DNA of 50,409 nt from Candidatus Methanoperedenaceae archaeon (GTDB taxonomy: Archaea > Halobacteriota > Methanosarcinia > Methanosarcinales > Methanoperedenaceae): contig CAVWCX010000009.1 in the NCBI GenBank assembly GCA_963753595.1, forward strand, positions 1-50,409, read 5' to 3'. Below the pieces are notes generated by a model. The model was given only the letters and a program-made list of their open reading frames with translations, made no database searches and was not told the origin of the DNA. Below are positions 39,226-48,785 of this stretch, in pieces (position 1 is the stretch's first letter; the number at the start of each line of letters is the position of its first letter). The position numbers and the translations under genes were made by a program.

Positions 39226-40329
39226 ATGGAGAATTTGATGGAAGAGCTCTCAACGATAATAGAAAAAGTACAGTCATCGGAGGAACTTGATTTTGATGAC
39301 GGTTTGCTTCTTATGAGATCAAGGAACCTGTCAGTTATCGGTGCACTTGCGGACAATGTCCGGAAAAAAACAGTTGGCGACCAGGTCATGTTCGTTACGA
39401 ACTGCCATATTAATTATAGTAATGTATGCAACTCAAAATGTAAATTTTGCGCATATTTCAGGGAAGAAGGGCAAAACGGGGCTTTCACACTGGGTATTGA
39501 TGAGATAATGGAAAAGGCAAAAAAAGCTAAAAATAGTGGGGCAACTGAACTCCATATCGTTGGATCACTTAATCCCAAACTGCCATTTGATTACTACGAG
39601 GATATCCTTATAAATATCCATGAAAAATATCCTGCCTTTTCTTTGAAAGCATATACCGCTGTTGAGATCGCACATCTATCCCGGATATCCGGGATGACTG
39701 TAAGGGAAGTATTATTGCGCCTTAAGAAAGCCGGGCTCACAGGTCTTCCTGGAGGCGGGGGAGAGATATTCAATGAAAAAACAAGAAAACAGGTATGTCC
39801 TGATAAAATTAGCGGCGAAAAATGGCTTGAAGTCATGGAAACTGCACACGGGCTGGGAATAAAAAGCAATGCTACGATGCTTTACGGTCATATCGAGACC
39901 CATGAGGACATTGTAGATCATATCCTGAGATTAAGGGAATTGCAGAAAAAAACACACGGGTTCCAGGCATTCATACCATTAAGATTCCATCCCGACAATA
40001 CTTATCTTTCGAAAAACGGGATCGTGACAGAAGGTCCAACGGGATTTGATGACCTTAAAACGATCGCTGTAGCGCGTCTTTTATTGAATGGACATATCAA
40101 TAACATAAAAAGTTACTGGGTAATGCTGGGCGAAAAAATGTCACAGATCGCCCTTTCCTATGGCGCTAACGATATCGACGGCACGGTCATGGAAGAGCGC
40201 ATCACTCATGCAGCAGGAGGCGCTGCGCCTGAATATATGCCAAAGGACAGGCTCATTTATTTGATCAGGAATGCGGGGAGGATACCGGTTGAGAGGACTT
40301 CCAATTATGAAATTATCAGGGAGTATTAG
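39226..40329 (+). CDS. mqnE: Aminofutalosine synthase (CofH/MqnE radical SAM)
   Basis: HINYSNVCNSKCKFCAY, LPGGGGEIF, NATMLYGHIE, FQAFIPL and EERITHAAG motifs fit MqnE better than CofH or MqnC. Confidence 0.8.
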   Translation: MENLMEELSTIIEKVQSSEELDFDDGLLLMRSRNLSVIGALADNVRKKTVGDQVMFVTNCHINYSNVCNSKCKFCAYFREEGQNGAFTLGIDEIMEKAKKAKNSGATELHIVGSLNPKLPFDYYEDILINIHEKYPAFSLKAYTAVEIAHLSRISGMTVREVLLRLKKAGLTGLPGGGGEIFNEKTRKQVCPDKISGEKWLEVMETAHGLGIKSNATMLYGHIETHEDIVDHILRLRELQKKTHGFQAFIPLRFHPDNTYLSKNGIVTEGPTGFDDLKTIAVARLLLNGHINNIKSYWVMLGEKMSQIALSYGANDIDGTVMEERITHAAGGAAPEYMPKDRLIYLIRNAGRIPVERTSNYEIIREY

Positions 40330-40374
40330 GAAATATTTACAGTCCTGTACTACAATTCGAAACCAGGGAAATAT

Positions 40375-40620
40375 ATGTTGAATGTAACCGTATATTCAAA
40401 AAAAGAATGTCATTTATGCGAGATCGCAAAAGAGGAACTTAAGGCTATCAGGCGTGAATTTGATTTTACCACAAAGGAAGTAGATATTGAAAAAGACACA
40501 ATTTCTTATGAAAAATTCAAGCACCAGATACCAGTTGTGGAAGTGGATGGGGAGATCATCTCAAGTGGAAGATTGAACGCGAAAAAATTAATAGCCTTGC
40601 TTAAGCATCAACTTCAATGA
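40375..40620 (+). CDS. Glutaredoxin-like protein (DUF836)
   Basis: YSKKECHLC and IPVV motifs. Confidence 0.85.
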   Translation: MLNVTVYSKKECHLCEIAKEELKAIRREFDFTTKEVDIEKDTISYEKFKHQIPVVEVDGEIISSGRLNAKKLIALLKHQLQ

Positions 40621-40783
40621 ATATTGGTACAATCCCTATTATTGCACCCAGGCCAAAAAAAAACAGGGCAAAATAATAATTGCCCTTTGATACATTATCT
40701 ATACTCACAGCGAGCAGTATCAGGCCAATGAATTTAGATAATGTATCTATCTTATTATGTTTTGATCTTGGTAGTTTCATCAA
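40601..40783 (-). CDS. Small 2-TM protein, last gene of the Rieske/cyt b cluster
   Basis: ATGA-coupled to subunit IV; two hydrophobic segments. Confidence 0.6.
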   Translation of the reverse strand: MMKLPRSKHNKIDTLSKFIGLILLAVSIDNVSKGNYYFALFFFGLGAIIGIVPIFIEVDA

Positions 40784-41238
40784 TGGTGGACAATACTAAA
40801 GTATGTGAAATACAGAATTCCAATGAGTGCTATAACACCCATGGCAACTGCAAATTTTCTTTTCCTGATATCACTTGACGGATTCCTGTCTATGAAGGGC
40901 ACCATAAAGAGAAGACCATACCACAATACCATAGGTAAAGTAACACCGATCACTTTCGCTTCTATTGGCCCGATATTCCAGGTCCAGAATTTGAGGAATC
41001 CGAAGACATAAAGGAAATACCATTCGGGATAGATAGGAGTTGGTGTATCGAACGGATCAGCCGGTTTTAGAAGACCTGCCGGGTAAAGTGAAGCCATCAA
41101 TATGAGGCTTCCTGCAATGAGGCACATCACAACTACTTCACGAAGCAGGAAATGCGGGAAAAACGGAAGTCCGCGTATCCTGACAGGTTCATGTCTTTCT
41201 TCGTCTACCTCATGTTTTTCAATTTCGATCAATGACAT
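40780..41238 (-). CDS. Cytochrome b6-type subunit IV (PetD-like)
   Basis: PFFPHFLLRE and ADPFDTPTPIYPEWYF motifs; start MSLIE at 41238. Confidence 0.9.
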   Translation of the reverse strand: MSLIEIEKHEVDEERHEPVRIRGLPFFPHFLLREVVVMCLIAGSLILMASLYPAGLLKPADPFDTPTPIYPEWYFLYVFGFLKFWTWNIGPIEAKVIGVTLPMVLWYGLLFMVPFIDRNPSSDIRKRKFAVAMGVIALIGILYFTYFSIVHH

Positions 41239-41239
41239 A

Positions 41240-41902
41240 TTAGAGCCTCCCTGAAATTCCCTGTATCCTGACCATGGCAAAATGCAGTATCAGGAGAATT
41301 GCAATGGTTAAGGGTAGGATCATTACATGTATGGCAAAGAAACGTGTCATTGTCTCAGCGCCGATGTCTGTCCCTCCTACCAGTATTAAGGAAATATATT
41401 GCCCTATGACCGGTATCGATCCTGCGATCCCTGTTCCTATTTTTGTTGCCCAGAACGCAAGCTGGTCCCATGGCAGCAGGTATCCTGAAAAACCAAAAGT
41501 AGTGGTGATCAAAAGGAGTGTTACACCAACAACCCAGTTCAATTCCCGCGGTTTCTTATATGCGCCCATAAAGTAAATCCTCATCATATGAAGCATTACT
41601 GCGGCGATCATTGTGTTTGCGGCCCAGTGATGGATGCTTCGTATCAGGCTTCCCATAGGAACTGCGGTCATGATATGTTCAACGCTCTTATAGGCTTCCA
41701 GTGGTGTGGGCTTATAATACATTGCCAGGAATATGCCCGTGCCAACAAGTATCAGGAAACACAGAAAAGCAATTCCTCCAAGACAATATAACGGATTTGT
41801 TACTGCATACTCCGGGGCAGGATGCTTGATTATCGGGGTGAGTAGTTCTTTTAACTTAAACCTCTCATCGAACCATTTGAATATCTTATCTTCAAGATTC
41901 AT
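41240..41902 (-). CDS. Cytochrome b6-type N-terminal subunit (PetB/QcrB-like)
   Basis: YCLGG, RSIHHW, LHMMR, GYLLPWDQ, FFAIH and LHF motifs. Confidence 0.93.
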   Translation of the reverse strand: MNLEDKIFKWFDERFKLKELLTPIIKHPAPEYAVTNPLYCLGGIAFLCFLILVGTGIFLAMYYKPTPLEAYKSVEHIMTAVPMGSLIRSIHHWAANTMIAAVMLHMMRIYFMGAYKKPRELNWVVGVTLLLITTTFGFSGYLLPWDQLAFWATKIGTGIAGSIPVIGQYISLILVGGTDIGAETMTRFFAIHVMILPLTIAILLILHFAMVRIQGISGRL

Positions 41903-41911
41903 ATTATCACC

Positions 41912-42406
41912 TCACGCAGCTCCGGCATAGAATGAAATGGTCTTCACATATGCAGGATCTTTCCATTTAAGGGCATATACCGCTCCTTCTTTCACGACTA
42001 CATCAATTGCCGGTAAAGGAGATGGTGGGGGTCCTGATATTACAGCGCCTGTATTCGGGTCGAACTTTCCAAGATGGCATGGGCAGAACAGAATGTTTTC
42101 ATCTTCCTTCCAGTAAGCGATACATCCAAGATGTGTGCAGACAGACCCGAAAGCCCGAAAACCTGCGGGCATATGAAGGAGTACTGCTGCTTTTCCGTTA
42201 AACATAAATTTCCGGACACTTCCTGTTGGCACTTCATCTGCATTTGCGATCTTCATTTCGACGGATTCACCTTTTGCGGCAGTCGCAGGCCAGAGGTATT
42301 TCAATATTGATGCCAAGGCACCTCCTGCAAAGAATAATGCAACAAGTCCCATAAAAAGTTCAGTAAGCTTCCTTCTTGTAATTGTAAAAGTTATTTTATC
42401 ACTCAT
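41912..42406 (-). CDS. Rieske 2Fe-2S subunit
   Basis: Twin-Arg TRRK plus TM helix; CTHLGC, CPCH and GPPPSPL motifs. Confidence 0.93.
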   Translation of the reverse strand: MSDKITFTITRRKLTELFMGLVALFFAGGALASILKYLWPATAAKGESVEMKIANADEVPTGSVRKFMFNGKAAVLLHMPAGFRAFGSVCTHLGCIAYWKEDENILFCPCHLGKFDPNTGAVISGPPPSPLPAIDVVVKEGAVYALKWKDPAYVKTISFYAGAA

Positions 42407-42410
42407 GTTC

Positions 42411-42686
42411 TCACTCCAGCGTTGTAACGTATTCGTCTTGCAGCAAACCTTTTACATATAGATATATGATAGCTGCCAGGTCAAACAGGAGATATGCAAG
42501 TAACTTTCCTACATCTTCGATGAATTGTCTTGTAGATGCAACCTCTGCATCGCTTGTTAAGATCCTCCAGAAGATCAAACTTGTAATTCCGGCTGCGACA
42601 AGTGTCAATAGAATTATCAATGCAAAAGCAACCTGTGACCAGAAACCTTCTTTTTCCGGTCCGTATTCAATTTTCTCAATATGCAT
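42411..42686 (-). CDS. Small 2-TM membrane protein of the Rieske cluster
   Basis: Co-oriented and tightly spaced; AGGTGA RBS. Confidence 0.75.
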   Translation of the reverse strand: MHIEKIEYGPEKEGFWSQVAFALIILLTLVAAGITSLIFWRILTSDAEVASTRQFIEDVGKLLAYLLFDLAAIIYLYVKGLLQDEYVTTLE

Positions 42687-42694
42687 GATTCACC

Positions 42695-43042
42695 TCACAA
42701 CCTTATTACATAAACTATGGCAAGCACAAGCAGGATAAGTGCCAGCCCTCGCAGTCCTACATCCCATGTTGTCATATGAACTCCTATCTCGATCTCTTTT
42801 TCAGGTTCAGGAGTTGGTGTTGCCTTCGGTGTTGGAACATAACCCTGGGTAGAATGATTATGGGTCACATAATAAACACCAACCTCGTTGAGTTGCGGCG
42901 GACCATCCCTTGTGTGGCAATATGGACAATTCCTGCTTTCTTTTACTGCATATTCGGGTCTTGCCGAAGTAAAATCGGGTACAAATAGCAGGAGAACTAA
43001 GGCGACTAGCAATATGATTACATTTATTCGTTTTTTGTTCAT
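42695..43042 (-). CDS. Small membrane-anchored monoheme cytochrome c
   Basis: Signal peptide, CPYCH, PT linker and C-terminal TM helix. Confidence 0.8.
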   Translation of the reverse strand: MNKKRINVIILLVALVLLLFVPDFTSARPEYAVKESRNCPYCHTRDGPPQLNEVGVYYVTHNHSTQGYVPTPKATPTPEPEKEIEIGVHMTTWDVGLRGLALILLVLAIVYVIRL

Positions 43043-43056
43043 TCTGATTCACCTCT

Positions 43057-43989
43057 TTATCTTCTGCGTATCAGCAGATATATTGAAATTATTCCTGTAA
43101 TGGATAATATTGTTCCAAATCCGGGAGTTGAAGGCTTTGCTTGTGGGGGTAACCCCAGGTCTGTTTGTGCTTTCCTGGCAAACATAATACCATTCTCTGT
43201 TACATTTTGAAAGTTAGGAAGGTTAAAACTATGCCAGAGTATGGGAAGATTATCCCTGATGGCCAATGCTGAGTCAAGTTCTTTCTGGGCGGCTGTGACG
43301 TCTTTTCCCTGCTGTTTTGCCTGTTTAATAGCAGCATCTGCAATCCTTATTTCGTTCTTGAGCATTTCAGCATTGTCTATTGATTTCACAGCTTCGTCAG
43401 GAATGTCAGGGGCAATTTTCATGTCAATATTATGACAGCTGCTGCACAGATCCTGGAATTCACTGGAATTCAGCACTTTGAATTCATGTGGATTATGGCA
43501 TGTATCACATGTAGGGGCCTGTTTTAGCGCCTTTAATCTCTGATAATGTAAGGAATCTTTGAACTGGTTCAATTCATTTGCATGACATTTACCGCATGTT
43601 TCAGGCACATTTCTGTAAAAAACGGTACTATTTGTCTGGGAAGAGCGTGAAACTCCCGCATGCGCTGTCTCCTTAATATCAGAATCGGGGTCGCCGCCAT
43701 GGCAATTGTCGCAAGTGACATTGAACAGGGCATGTTTGGAATTTGTCCATTGCTCATAATTGCTTTTTGCGATCTTATCTAGAGTGGTGGCATGACATTC
43801 AAGAGAACAGGCAACATCCCTTTGCAGATGTTTTATCCGAACCTCATTAAGTTGTTTTTCTTGCTCATTGAAAGCTGTAAGTTTTTCATGGCAATCCAGA
43901 CATGAATTGTCTGCTGCTGATATTGGCACGGCTAATACTGCAAAAATAAACATGAAACCGGCTAACACAATCGTTTTTTTTGTATACAT
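43057..43989 (-). CDS. Multiheme cytochrome c (5 CxxCH plus 1 CxxxCH) with PGF-CTERM
   Basis: CLDCH, CSLECH, CDNCH, CGKCH, CDTCH and CSSCH; TPGFG-TM-RRR tail. Confidence 0.92.
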   Translation of the reverse strand: MYTKKTIVLAGFMFIFAVLAVPISAADNSCLDCHEKLTAFNEQEKQLNEVRIKHLQRDVACSLECHATTLDKIAKSNYEQWTNSKHALFNVTCDNCHGGDPDSDIKETAHAGVSRSSQTNSTVFYRNVPETCGKCHANELNQFKDSLHYQRLKALKQAPTCDTCHNPHEFKVLNSSEFQDLCSSCHNIDMKIAPDIPDEAVKSIDNAEMLKNEIRIADAAIKQAKQQGKDVTAAQKELDSALAIRDNLPILWHSFNLPNFQNVTENGIMFARKAQTDLGLPPQAKPSTPGFGTILSITGIISIYLLIRRR

Positions 43990-44031
43990 TCAATCACCTT
44001 TGTTTCTATATTTAATTTATATGATTATATA

Positions 44032-44982
44032 TCAATGCCGTTTTAACAGATATGCTGCCAGGAGACCTGATACCATCAAGAACACTCCAAATCCTGGCGC
44101 TTTTGTCGGAACCGCTGTTCCAGTTTGTTCAGGCATTGCTTTTTCTGCGTTCTGGGCATCTATTAAGCCTTTTTGCACTTCCGTATCAAAGTAAGTCAGG
44201 TTGAACCTGTGCCAGACAGAAGGAGTATTTTTAAGTATGGTCTTTGCAGATTCAAGGTCTGCTTCGGCTGCCGTAACATCCTTTCCCATTGCTTTTGCCG
44301 CAAGGACAGAACTTCTTGCTTTTGATATCTCATGCTGCAATTCTTTTACAGAAGACAGGGCATTTTCTGCTTTCTTTGGCACTGCAGGATTGATCCCGGT
44401 AATTTGATTATGACAATTACTGCAGAAATCCTCAATTTCAGCTGCAGTTAAAACTTTAACACTATGTGCCTGGTGACAGGTGATACATGCGGGCGCTGGT
44501 CCTTCCTGATTTGATTCCAATTTCTTGAAATGCTGGGAACTCTTGAATTCATCAAGTTCCGGCGCATGACATTTGCCGCACATTTCGGGAGTATCGGCAC
44601 GTGAAATGCTTTTATTAGAAATACCCTTATGTGCTTCCTGCTTTAAAACTTTTGACGGGTCCCCCCCATGGCATTTTTCACATGTTACTTCAAATAAGGC
44701 GTGTGTGGATATTGACCACATGGCGTAGGTGCTGGCCGTTGATTTATTGAGGTTATCCTCGTGGCAGACTATAGAGCATGAAATACCGCTTTCGAGATGC
44801 TTGATACGAATGTCGATGAATTGCCTTTGTGACTCTGAACTAAAAAGCAATTGACGGTGACAGTCAGCACATGTGTTGTTAGGTAAATCCGGTGCTTTTG
44901 CTGAGGCAACTTGAATTACCTGCAAAGTGATAAACACAAGAACTATTCCTATAATTACCATTGAATCGTTTTTTTGTCGCAT
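44032..44982 (-). CDS. Paralogous multiheme cytochrome c (5 CxxCH plus 1 CxxxCH) with PGF-CTERM
   Basis: CADCH, CSIVCH, CEKCH, CGKCH, CITCH and CSNCH; APGFG-TM-KRH tail. Confidence 0.92.
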   Translation of the reverse strand: MRQKNDSMVIIGIVLVFITLQVIQVASAKAPDLPNNTCADCHRQLLFSSESQRQFIDIRIKHLESGISCSIVCHEDNLNKSTASTYAMWSISTHALFEVTCEKCHGGDPSKVLKQEAHKGISNKSISRADTPEMCGKCHAPELDEFKSSQHFKKLESNQEGPAPACITCHQAHSVKVLTAAEIEDFCSNCHNQITGINPAVPKKAENALSSVKELQHEISKARSSVLAAKAMGKDVTAAEADLESAKTILKNTPSVWHRFNLTYFDTEVQKGLIDAQNAEKAMPEQTGTAVPTKAPGFGVFLMVSGLLAAYLLKRH

Positions 44983-45004
44983 ATATGAATACTCCTTTCA
45001 TTAT

Positions 45005-45033
45005 CATCATTATTGATATTATTAATAATGATG
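45005..45033. promoter_or_regulatory. Inverted repeat upstream of the cytochrome operon
   Basis: CATCATTATT-N9-AATAATGATG between a TTTAAATA box (about 45058-45065, minus strand) and the first ATG. Confidence 0.5.
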
Positions 45034-45109
45034 TATAGTTCAATCTAATCTGCAAAATATTTAAACTTATCCTTCAAAAATATTATATTAATTTAAAGAT
45101 AAAATAATT

Positions 45110-47080
45110 TCATTCTTTGAGCTCTCGCCGCCTATCGCTCCTGTATTCATCCACAAGCGACTTCAACCATTCTTCTTTTGCCGCCGCCCTGCGCTGTTGA
45201 GCTTTCTTATTCCAGTCTTCTATTGCGTTTTTCATTTCATCAGGATCGATCACCGCAAGCTCTTCTGTTGAGTCAAACTGGATATTTACATCCTTTGCCC
45301 TTAAAACAGGCACACCAAGGATAAAAAGTTCTTCTTCCGCAGCATGCGACATATCATTGCATATAATGATCGCCCGGACACCAAAGTCAGCTAGCATTTT
45401 TGCGGTAATTGTCCCACCACCGCTTGAATCCTTCAACAGGATGATGTCATCTTTTTTTATTCCCACTGTTTCCCGGGTTTTGAGGATGCTGTCTTTAGTA
45501 AAAGAAAATATTATCTTCACAGGAAGAACACGGCCGCTTATTTCAAGCCGTCGGACTTTTTTAAGTTTATGGATCCTTTCATTTAATTCAGAAATTTTCC
45601 TGTTTTTTTCAGATATCTTGTCCTGCAATCGCTGGATATCCATATTCCGGATTTGCATTGTTTTGTCTTTTTTTAGTTTTTTGTATACATCCGATCGCTG
45701 CTTTTTTATCAGCTCTTCTAATTCCCGGATCTTTTCGTCCCTTATACCAAGTTCCTTTTCCAAAAATTCCTGTTTCGTCTTCATTTCATTGATTATATCT
45801 TCATATTTCCAGATTGCTTCCCTCAAGTGAAATGCTTCATCATCTCTTTTTTCAGGAACTGCCTGGATATGAGGCTCCCTGGTTTGAGGTCTTGTCAATC
45901 CCAATATCACAGTTTCCACGGATTTCCCCCTCACTACCTGTGCTATCGCTTCGCCGGCATCTACTCCCGGAGGTATTTTCTTTTTGATCTGTTCGAACTT
46001 ATTCTTGTTTTTCCGAAAAAACGATACAGCAGCAGCAATGGCATCACGTTCATGGTTGTTCGAATAGCCATATGGCGTTGCGAATCCGATCTTATCTTCA
46101 GCCGAGAGTACCTCAAAAGGAGAGCTTGATACGGAATTAAACGCCCTTCGGATCTTTTCAACCGCATTCGGGGTAGGGAATACATCACTTGCGATAACAA
46201 GCGGTCTTCCTTCCTGTGCGATCATTTCAATAACTTCAGGTATCGAAATAGTCCTTGAACTATGGATTTTCCGCAATTCTCCATCAAGTGTCAGAACGGC
46301 AATAGCTGTTGTAGTACCAGGGTCGATCCCAACGATGATATAATCTCTTTTTTTCACTTTAAGCGGCTTAAAAACCAGGGAATCGCGTTCTATACCTTTT
46401 ACACTCACCTGCACATCCCCGTATTTTCCCGAACCGATATGGATCTGGTTTCTTGGTGCATCCACAATGAATTCAGCTTTTGAATATCCTCCGAACCTCT
46501 CTGTTATATCCTGGGAAAATGTGAATCCCATGGTTCTTGACAGTCCATTCAGGGAATCTTCGATCTCTCTTGCTCTTTGCCTGACATATCCATGCATTTT
46601 ACGCCTGTACCTGTTCTGGCTCCATCCCCCCCGGCCGGGCGAGCGGCCCCTGCTGACCTTGATCATAGTTTTATCCTCAAATGCCGATACTTCATAACCT
46701 ACGCCCATTTGAGCAAGCCGGGCGCATATCAGGGCTTCTGCATTAGGGTCAAACCTGTCAAAGGATAGACCTTCCTGGCGGGCAAGTTTAGTTAGCGGCA
46801 AAAGCTGCTCTCCTCCTGTGACCTGGATAAGTTTCGTATTGGGGGGTAATCTCTGGAGAAACGAAATAAGGTCTTGCTTATCCGAAACGATCTCATAGAT
46901 ATTATCAACAGCTATCAACGATGGTTTTTCTTTCCAGGCCATCCGCATGAATTTATGGAGGCTTATCATTTTGTGATGCTCGACATCCCCATTCTTGAGT
47001 ACCACTACGGCATAAGCTGGTTTTTCTTTTGCACGTAAAGAACCTTTTGCGATGTCTATACCAAAAATTATTTCCGGCAT
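45110..47080 (-). CDS. DUF460 protein (COG2433; RNase H-like fold plus coiled coil)
   Basis: IFGIDI, GRSPGRGGWSQNRY, IVGIDPGTT and NNHERDA motifs; coiled coil. Confidence 0.88.
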   Translation of the reverse strand: MPEIIFGIDIAKGSLRAKEKPAYAVVVLKNGDVEHHKMISLHKFMRMAWKEKPSLIAVDNIYEIVSDKQDLISFLQRLPPNTKLIQVTGGEQLLPLTKLARQEGLSFDRFDPNAEALICARLAQMGVGYEVSAFEDKTMIKVSRGRSPGRGGWSQNRYRRKMHGYVRQRAREIEDSLNGLSRTMGFTFSQDITERFGGYSKAEFIVDAPRNQIHIGSGKYGDVQVSVKGIERDSLVFKPLKVKKRDYIIVGIDPGTTTAIAVLTLDGELRKIHSSRTISIPEVIEMIAQEGRPLVIASDVFPTPNAVEKIRRAFNSVSSSPFEVLSAEDKIGFATPYGYSNNHERDAIAAAVSFFRKNKNKFEQIKKKIPPGVDAGEAIAQVVRGKSVETVILGLTRPQTREPHIQAVPEKRDDEAFHLREAIWKYEDIINEMKTKQEFLEKELGIRDEKIRELEELIKKQRSDVYKKLKKDKTMQIRNMDIQRLQDKISEKNRKISELNERIHKLKKVRRLEISGRVLPVKIIFSFTKDSILKTRETVGIKKDDIILLKDSSGGGTITAKMLADFGVRAIIICNDMSHAAEEELFILGVPVLRAKDVNIQFDSTEELAVIDPDEMKNAIEDWNKKAQQRRAAAKEEWLKSLVDEYRSDRRRELKE

Positions 47081-47083
47081 GAT

Positions 47084-47953
47084 TCAGGTTACAATAGTAT
47101 TAATTAATTCCCCGATATCTCTTTTGATCCTGTATTTACGGTTAAAATATGATAATACATTATCAATATCCCTGTGAAGCAACTCCGTTGCATTCGGATG
47201 AGTTGATTTGATGAATTGGGGCCAATCGATGATCTCACACCCGGCAGGATTAACAAAGATATTAAATTCACTCAGGTCACAATGGATGATCCCGAGTCCA
47301 TATGCTTTTTTTACCTGTGCCAATATCTCATCCAGATACCAGTCAGGTTCATCAAGCCTTGTATGGGCAAGCTGCTGCCCAAGTGCTTTGGACATCACGA
47401 TCCCATGCCTGTTATGATCTATCGGTTCAGGAACGCTGACTTTTGGATAAAGAGCGACAAGGGCATCATATTCTTTTTTAGCGGCAAGACGCGCAGCATA
47501 TAACCAGGAAAGATGCCTTCTTTCCCCGATAGTTTCTCTTTTTATCCTGACGTGCCTGAAACTCATTTTTCCTTCCCTGTGGAGTTTAATTATAACATGC
47601 CGGTCAATGAGGCCGCCTGTAGCTTCATACACTTCCGATTCTTTTCCCCTTCCGATAATTTCACCCAGGGCATTCACAGATCCCCGCTTGACAAACGCAT
47701 TCAGTGCAAGCAGGTCGTATGCTTCAAAATATATCCTGTATCCTTCATAAGCCTGGACATTCCTGTGAATAAGCTTTCTTTGCGCCAGATTTGAGAGAAT
47801 ATATTCCACATCCTTGCGGTCAAATGTGGTAAAATTCACGATCTCTTCTATGGGAACCCATTCATGAAATTTCATATTGTTCTCGATTGCAACAAGAACA
47901 CGAAATTCCTTGTTCGTGATAGATAGAAATATTTCCGGAATATTTTCAAGCAT
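47084..47953 (-). CDS. rio2: RIO2-type Ser/Thr kinase
   Basis: N-terminal wHTH; GRGKESEVY, IIHCDLSEFNI and IIDWPQ motifs. Confidence 0.92.
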   Translation of the reverse strand: MLENIPEIFLSITNKEFRVLVAIENNMKFHEWVPIEEIVNFTTFDRKDVEYILSNLAQRKLIHRNVQAYEGYRIYFEAYDLLALNAFVKRGSVNALGEIIGRGKESEVYEATGGLIDRHVIIKLHREGKMSFRHVRIKRETIGERRHLSWLYAARLAAKKEYDALVALYPKVSVPEPIDHNRHGIVMSKALGQQLAHTRLDEPDWYLDEILAQVKKAYGLGIIHCDLSEFNIFVNPAGCEIIDWPQFIKSTHPNATELLHRDIDNVLSYFNRKYRIKRDIGELINTIVT

Positions 47954-48018
47954 TATTTACTATATGACACTGCTGACTATAAAAAAGGTTAATAAAAAAA
48001 AAACAAAAAGAAGGAAAA

Positions 48019-48651
48019 TTACCTTCTCTTTCCTCCGCCTCTTTTATCCCTGGAATCCCGGCCGCGGTCTCTACCGCCAGCGCTGCTTCCTCCTCCGCGA
48101 CCTCCGCCGGAACCGCCTCTGCCCCCGCCAAATCCTCCTCCTCCGCCATAGCCGCCGCCTCCACCGCCGCTGCCGTACATACTGCCATAACCTCCGCTGC
48201 CGCCTCGGCCTCCGCTTCCACCGCTATATCCGCCTGTGCGTCTTGGCCTGTCGGGCATTTCCACATGCTTATCAGACATATTAAGTTCAGTGTTTACTTC
48301 AACAACCGGTTCTTCTGACAATAACATCTTCCCGTATTTTCCTATGTTCAATCTCATGGAATTCCTTACTACGGAAATATAGCCATTCTGGATAGAAATA
48401 CTATCTCCTGCTGCAATTTTGCCGATCTGGTCATCCCATAAGGATAATAAGATGCTTGCTGTTCCATCTGCAACTTTTACTTCACAGACTTGTTTATCAC
48501 CATATTGTGATTTTATGTCTTTGACCTCTCCTATCTCAATTACTTTTAGAGTGGCGTTAACATTCTTTGAATTCTCGGTCATATCCTTTACATTAAAATT
48601 TGTAGGGGTCGTTTCCATTGTAATACCTTGCTTTATTTTAACTTCCTGCAT
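48019..48651 (-). CDS. Single OB-fold SSB/RPA-like protein with Gly/Arg-rich tail
   Basis: VADGTASILLSLWD and LNIGKYG OB-fold motifs; RGG/GYG-rich C-terminus. The start may be 48618. Confidence 0.88.
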   Translation of the reverse strand: MQEVKIKQGITMETTPTNFNVKDMTENSKNVNATLKVIEIGEVKDIKSQYGDKQVCEVKVADGTASILLSLWDDQIGKIAAGDSISIQNGYISVVRNSMRLNIGKYGKMLLSEEPVVEVNTELNMSDKHVEMPDRPRRTGGYSGGSGGRGGSGGYGSMYGSGGGGGGYGGGGGFGGGRGGSGGGRGGGSSAGGRDRGRDSRDKRGGGKRR

Positions 48652-48785
48652 CCCTTTTCTCAGATGTCATTCACCTGTATTTTAAGTTAGAAGAAGTAAA
48701 TATTAAATTGTAAACGTAGTTCATATACTTTCTGCATAATCAAATAACTGTTAAAATAAATTAATCAATTAATCTAAAAAATACA

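Noticed and set aside
47946-48266. Ala/Glu-rich 106-aa ORF
   Set aside because: It is an alternative frame of the Gly-codon-rich SSB tail.
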